Below, piece after piece: positions 15,487-18,819 of a stretch of DNA of 18,819 nt. This DNA is from Promethearchaeota archaeon. Lineage in GTDB: Archaea; Asgardarchaeota; Odinarchaeia; Odinarchaeales; JBHLKK01. The position numbers and the translations under genes were made by a program. The stretch spans positions 1 to 18,819 of the forward strand of contig JBHLPL010000018.1 in assembly GCA_048939465.1 (NCBI GenBank). The letters run 5' to 3'. The notes under the pieces are model-generated. The model had not been told where the DNA came from. It was given only the letters and a program-made list of their open reading frames with translations, and made no database searches. How positions within the stretch are numbered: the stretch's first letter is position 1; the number at the start of each line of letters is the position of its first letter.

Positions 15487-16506
15487 TTAGGGGAAATCAA
15501 GGAACTCTCCGCTCTTGATTATTTCGATTTCTTCTCCATTTTCATACGTTATGGTTACTGATGGTTTTGACATAAGAAAATCCATATGATTTGCGGATGT
15601 GTTTTTCCCTCCAGGATAATCAATGTTGTTGCCAAAAGCAATGTGAACTGTTCCAAAGATTTTTTCTGTCTCCAAGAATTCCTCAACAGCTCTTGCTCTT
15701 CTATTGACGCCAATTCCTAGCTCTCCTACAAAGCTCGACCAATAATCGGTTGAGAGTGCCGCTTTGATTTTATTGAGAACCTTTGTATCGTCCCCTTCAA
15801 CTTTGGCCGCCTTGCCATCTTTCGCGATTATTCGGACCTGTTTTTCGAGTAAGCCAACCCCCCCGATGGCCATGTCGCAGACAAGTATTCCATTCAGAGA
15901 ATTCTCGACCGGGCCTACCATAATCTCTCCTGTAGGTAGATTCATCCATCTCATGGTTTCCCAGTCCATAAACGTGTCTGTGAAGAAGTCCCTTCCTTTG
16001 ACACTGAATCTCAGGTCTGTACCCTCAGGCGTCACAATTCGCACTTCAGAAACGTCCAAAAGCCTTGTCAAAGCTTTTCGTACAAAACCTTGCATTTCCT
16101 TGTGTTCTTCCGCTGTTAGGGCTAGCGCACCATCTGTCAACATATCTATGGTTATTCCAGGGCAATGACCAAGTCTTGATTTGCGCCCCCGTGTCTCCAA
16201 TTTGATTAACTCTATGCGGAATGGTGTTTCTTCCGTAATACCTCTTAAGACATTGATAAACATGTCTGGCCTTCCGGTGCCTCCGCCCAAGACTGCTTCC
16301 CTAAGATGAGATGGTATCTGCTTGCGGAATCCTTTCTTGGTATCTAGCTTAATCTGTCTTACCCATAAGCCTAGATCTGCTCCTCCTCTGGTAAATGCGT
16401 CAATGACATCAGCATTCACATCATCGCCTACTAGAAGCATCCTCTCTCCTTCTTCCGCTTCTAAGACGTATTTCAGAACATTACGTGCAGCTACATTCTC
16501 CTGCAA
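15487..16506 (-). CDS. M29-family (thermophilic metalloprotease/AmpS-like) aminopeptidase
   Basis: 'TPEGTDLRFSV', 'NLPTGEI', 'GELGIGVN', 'ETEKIFGTVHIAFGNN' and 'GGKNTSANHMDF'. TTG start after a G-rich SD. Confidence 0.88.
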   Translation of the reverse strand: MQENVAARNVLKYVLEAEEGERMLLVGDDVNADVIDAFTRGGADLGLWVRQIKLDTKKGFRKQIPSHLREAVLGGGTGRPDMFINVLRGITEETPFRIELIKLETRGRKSRLGHCPGITIDMLTDGALALTAEEHKEMQGFVRKALTRLLDVSEVRIVTPEGTDLRFSVKGRDFFTDTFMDWETMRWMNLPTGEIMVGPVENSLNGILVCDMAIGGVGLLEKQVRIIAKDGKAAKVEGDDTKVLNKIKAALSTDYWSSFVGELGIGVNRRARAVEEFLETEKIFGTVHIAFGNNIDYPGGKNTSANHMDFLMSKPSVTITYENGEEIEIIKSGEFLDFP

Positions 16507-16595
16507 ATTCTCAGCTCCCCTATGTTTTTATTTGGACGTTTTGTTATTAGGCTATTAATATAACTAATTGTTATCTCCTCCGAGGATGTATACTC

Positions 16596-18053
16596 ATGGC
16601 GATGCCAAGGTCCCTAAGGCCAACCCTGACATTTCTGGTAGGGGGTATCCTTCTGACGGCAGGAATGGGTTTTTCTTTATTCAATACTCCCATTATCCCC
16701 CTGCAAAGCGGCTTATCATATCTAATATTCGAGAACAACTACAGTTATAATACGACAATCACTCTGGAATCCGGCGATGAATTGACAGTATATGCAAGAA
16801 TATATGAAGACGTAAACGTATCCTTGGTACTCAGGACGGCGTTGGGTGATATTTTAGCAGAGAACCATTCCTATGATTCAAATCAGCTTCTTTCTATAAA
16901 CATGAAAGTCAGTGCTAGTGATGACTACGTGATATCTCTTTACGAGAATCAATCTTCAGAATACTCCACTTTTCGTTTGTTTATGATACGTATATTATCT
17001 ACGCCAATCCATCCTTATTTCATGTTTGGACTTGCTCTGGTAATACCCGGTATTATTATTACTGCAGTGGGGCTCAGAGATATTTACCCCAAAAAGAAAT
17101 ATCCCACCTCCTGGGAGATTCTTGAATGGTATCATATAATTCTTCCTATTTCTTCCTTGGCAACTCTTGGTGCTGTTTTTTTCTTATTTAATCAAATCCC
17201 GCTGGGTTTCATGTTCCAGGATTGGCAGACTATTCTTTTCTTCTCGTTGTTTACGGTCTTACATGTTGTGTTAGTTCTTCTTACCACATCCGTAGTCAAA
17301 GGAAAATCTCTCTTATTTTACAGTTGGTCGTTATTGATAACTGCAATCGTATGGAGTTTTACTGCGAACTTTCTTCTCTCTAATGGATCACGAACATTCC
17401 TTCCATTTTTGGACTTTTCGGATCCAGACACGTATTATCTTGCTGAATCTTGGATAATCCATTTCGATGCTTTTGCGTCTCAAATGCAACTACTGATAAT
17501 TCTTATGTTTACGTTCTATGCTATTATCGGCTCCTATGAGAATTATACGGCCCAAATCTATCTTCAGTCCGCAATTCCATTAACACCTGAGACCTTAAAG
17601 GAGAAGGGTTTGGATGAACTTCAACAGAAACTAAGAACGCTCATAAAAAAGAACAAGTTTGAGGGCTTCTTCAGACTGCTTCGGATGAGAGACCCCGAGG
17701 CATCGGTTATCTTATACTACCTGCTCCGACACCACATAGATGAGAATATTCAAACTATGACTTTGCACGCTCTTCTTTCCTCCCACTCAGATATTCTTAG
17801 CAAAACGATCTATGAAAGAAAGACCGTTCAAGATATTTTAGCACCTCTTGGCTATGTCACATTCGAGGAGGGCAGAATAAGAAACATCAAACTCCAAGTC
17901 AGATCATCTGAAATATCCCGTCTTATCAGACTTCTTAGAGCTTACATCCGTCGAGAAACACAAGAGAAGCTCGAGGAAGCTGTAGGAGTCACAGAATTGC
18001 GCAAAAGAAAGATGAAATTCGCAGGTTTAACCAGAGAAGAGTCCGCGCCGTGA
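16596..18053 (+). CDS. Hypothetical membrane protein: about 6 TM, extracellular beta-rich domain, cytoplasmic C-terminal domain
   Basis: 485-aa ORF with hydrophobic segments at about aa 11-29, 141-160, 181-198, 210-234, 239-261 and 293-312; five N-X-S/T sequons in aa 48-120; charged helical tail. Confidence 0.8.
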   Translation: MAMPRSLRPTLTFLVGGILLTAGMGFSLFNTPIIPLQSGLSYLIFENNYSYNTTITLESGDELTVYARIYEDVNVSLVLRTALGDILAENHSYDSNQLLSINMKVSASDDYVISLYENQSSEYSTFRLFMIRILSTPIHPYFMFGLALVIPGIIITAVGLRDIYPKKKYPTSWEILEWYHIILPISSLATLGAVFFLFNQIPLGFMFQDWQTILFFSLFTVLHVVLVLLTTSVVKGKSLLFYSWSLLITAIVWSFTANFLLSNGSRTFLPFLDFSDPDTYYLAESWIIHFDAFASQMQLLIILMFTFYAIIGSYENYTAQIYLQSAIPLTPETLKEKGLDELQQKLRTLIKKNKFEGFFRLLRMRDPEASVILYYLLRHHIDENIQTMTLHALLSSHSDILSKTIYERKTVQDILAPLGYVTFEEGRIRNIKLQVRSSEISRLIRLLRAYIRRETQEKLEEAVGVTELRKRKMKFAGLTREESAP

Positions 18054-18072
18054 TTTTCTTTCCTATGTAGCG

Positions 18073-18147
18073 GATTTCCACCCTCTCCGGTGTGGTTTAC
18101 ATGGTCTCACAGAGCGATTTCCACCTTTAGGTTAAAGGGTTTCCATG
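18073..18147. repeat. Four GRTTTMCAY motifs at 21/22/22-bp spacing
   Basis: GATTTCCACC (18073), GGTTTACATG (18094), GATTTCCACC (18116), GGTTTCCATG (18138). Confidence 0.7.
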
Positions 18148-18203
18148 CAGAAGTATATTCTAACTAAACAAAAAAACAAAAAATCTGAGAAGAGTGGCAA
18201 ACA

Positions 18204-18819
18204 ATGAAGCGAAATGCATTGAAAATAGCATCCGTTGCAGTATTGCTGGCTCTATCATTGACAGCAATTACTCCTGTTCTCGCTGCGCTGCCCGATGAAA
18301 GTGGCTTCTTAAATGGTAACCGATTCAATGATACCGGTGGCTGGTCAACCACCGTCGACTGGATAAACCTAATCAGGGACAATCAAGATGTACCTTCGTG
18401 GATTAGACTTCTTCTTTCGGATGTTCACGTACACACGTACCTTGCGCATGTTAACAAGCTAGGTTTTCAGATGCTGTATCATGGTTTCATAAATGCGTCT
18501 GTTGGCTCCAGTGCGTTAACAATACCGATGCAAACCATACTACAGCACTATGAAACGCCAAGCGGCAAAGACGTCTTTGCCGTTCAAACATTTGTCATGT
18601 TAACCGTCTTCAGAGATCTAGTTCAAAACGATTTGCCCAATCCCCTTGGGGAGCCCGTTTATCTATCTGTATCCTTCGACATATCAATACATGGCGACAA
18701 CTTCACGTCATCGCTGGATGAGATAAACTCAGAAAATGTGAGTGTTACGGTGTATCCATTAACTTCTACCAATGGCGAACTTCATTGGGAATGGGGAATG
18801 AGGTACGAGAATCTGAAAT
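18204..18819 (+). CDS. Secreted/surface protein with signal peptide (3'-truncated; absent from ORF track)
   Basis: ATG 18204 begins 'MKRNALKIASVAVLLALSLTAITPVLA|ALPDESG...', open to the window end (205 codons). Sec-type n/h/c regions; sequons NDT, NAS, NFT and NVS. Confidence 0.85.
   Translation, partial: MKRNALKIASVAVLLALSLTAITPVLAALPDESGFLNGNRFNDTGGWSTTVDWINLIRDNQDVPSWIRLLLSDVHVHTYLAHVNKLGFQMLYHGFINASVGSSALTIPMQTILQHYETPSGKDVFAVQTFVMLTVFRDLVQNDLPNPLGEPVYLSVSFDISIHGDNFTSSLDEINSENVSVTVYPLTSTNGELHWEWGMRYENLK

Noticed and set aside
184-16750. Numerous 60-140 aa ORFs nested in or antisense to recognised genes (e.g. 917-1309, 3018-3278, 10055-10483, 15764-16168, 16568-16750)
   Set aside because: They overlap well-supported CDSs, lack motifs and have shadow-ORF composition.
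18073-18183. CRISPR array or confident replication origin
   Set aside because: The repeats are only 9-10 bp with about 12-bp spacers, there is no full ORB palindrome or G-string, and no cas or cdc6 gene is in the window.
18164-18382. 72-aa minus-strand ORF
   Set aside because: It is antisense to the signal-peptide-bearing plus-strand gene starting at 18204.

Overview
Archaeal chromosomal segment, most likely from an anaerobic TACK- or Asgard-type lineage (inference from gene content; the taxon cannot be fixed here). The left half is core metabolism: a partial PfkB kinase, mptD, mtd and ftr (H4MPT/F420 C1 pathway), rtcB interrupted by a 480-aa LAGLIDADG intein, an HDAC-family deacetylase, gap, cofE, mobA and apgM. 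The right half is more accessory and regulatory: an HTH/Zn-ribbon regulator coupled to a signal-peptide-less gingipain (C25)-like protease, and a full-length but divergent TFB paralog whose frame has no ATG/GTG/TTG before its Zn ribbon (probable CTG start). It also holds a divergent coiled-coil/wHTH gene, a Zn-ribbon membrane protein, an M29 aminopeptidase, a 6-TM protein with a glycosylatable outer domain and a predicted cytoplasmic wHTH, and a partial secreted protein. Two helically phased repeat arrays (13804-13843 at 10 bp; 18073-18147 at 21-22 bp) and several palindromes lie in intergenic DNA. No rRNA, tRNA, CRISPR array or transposase was seen.
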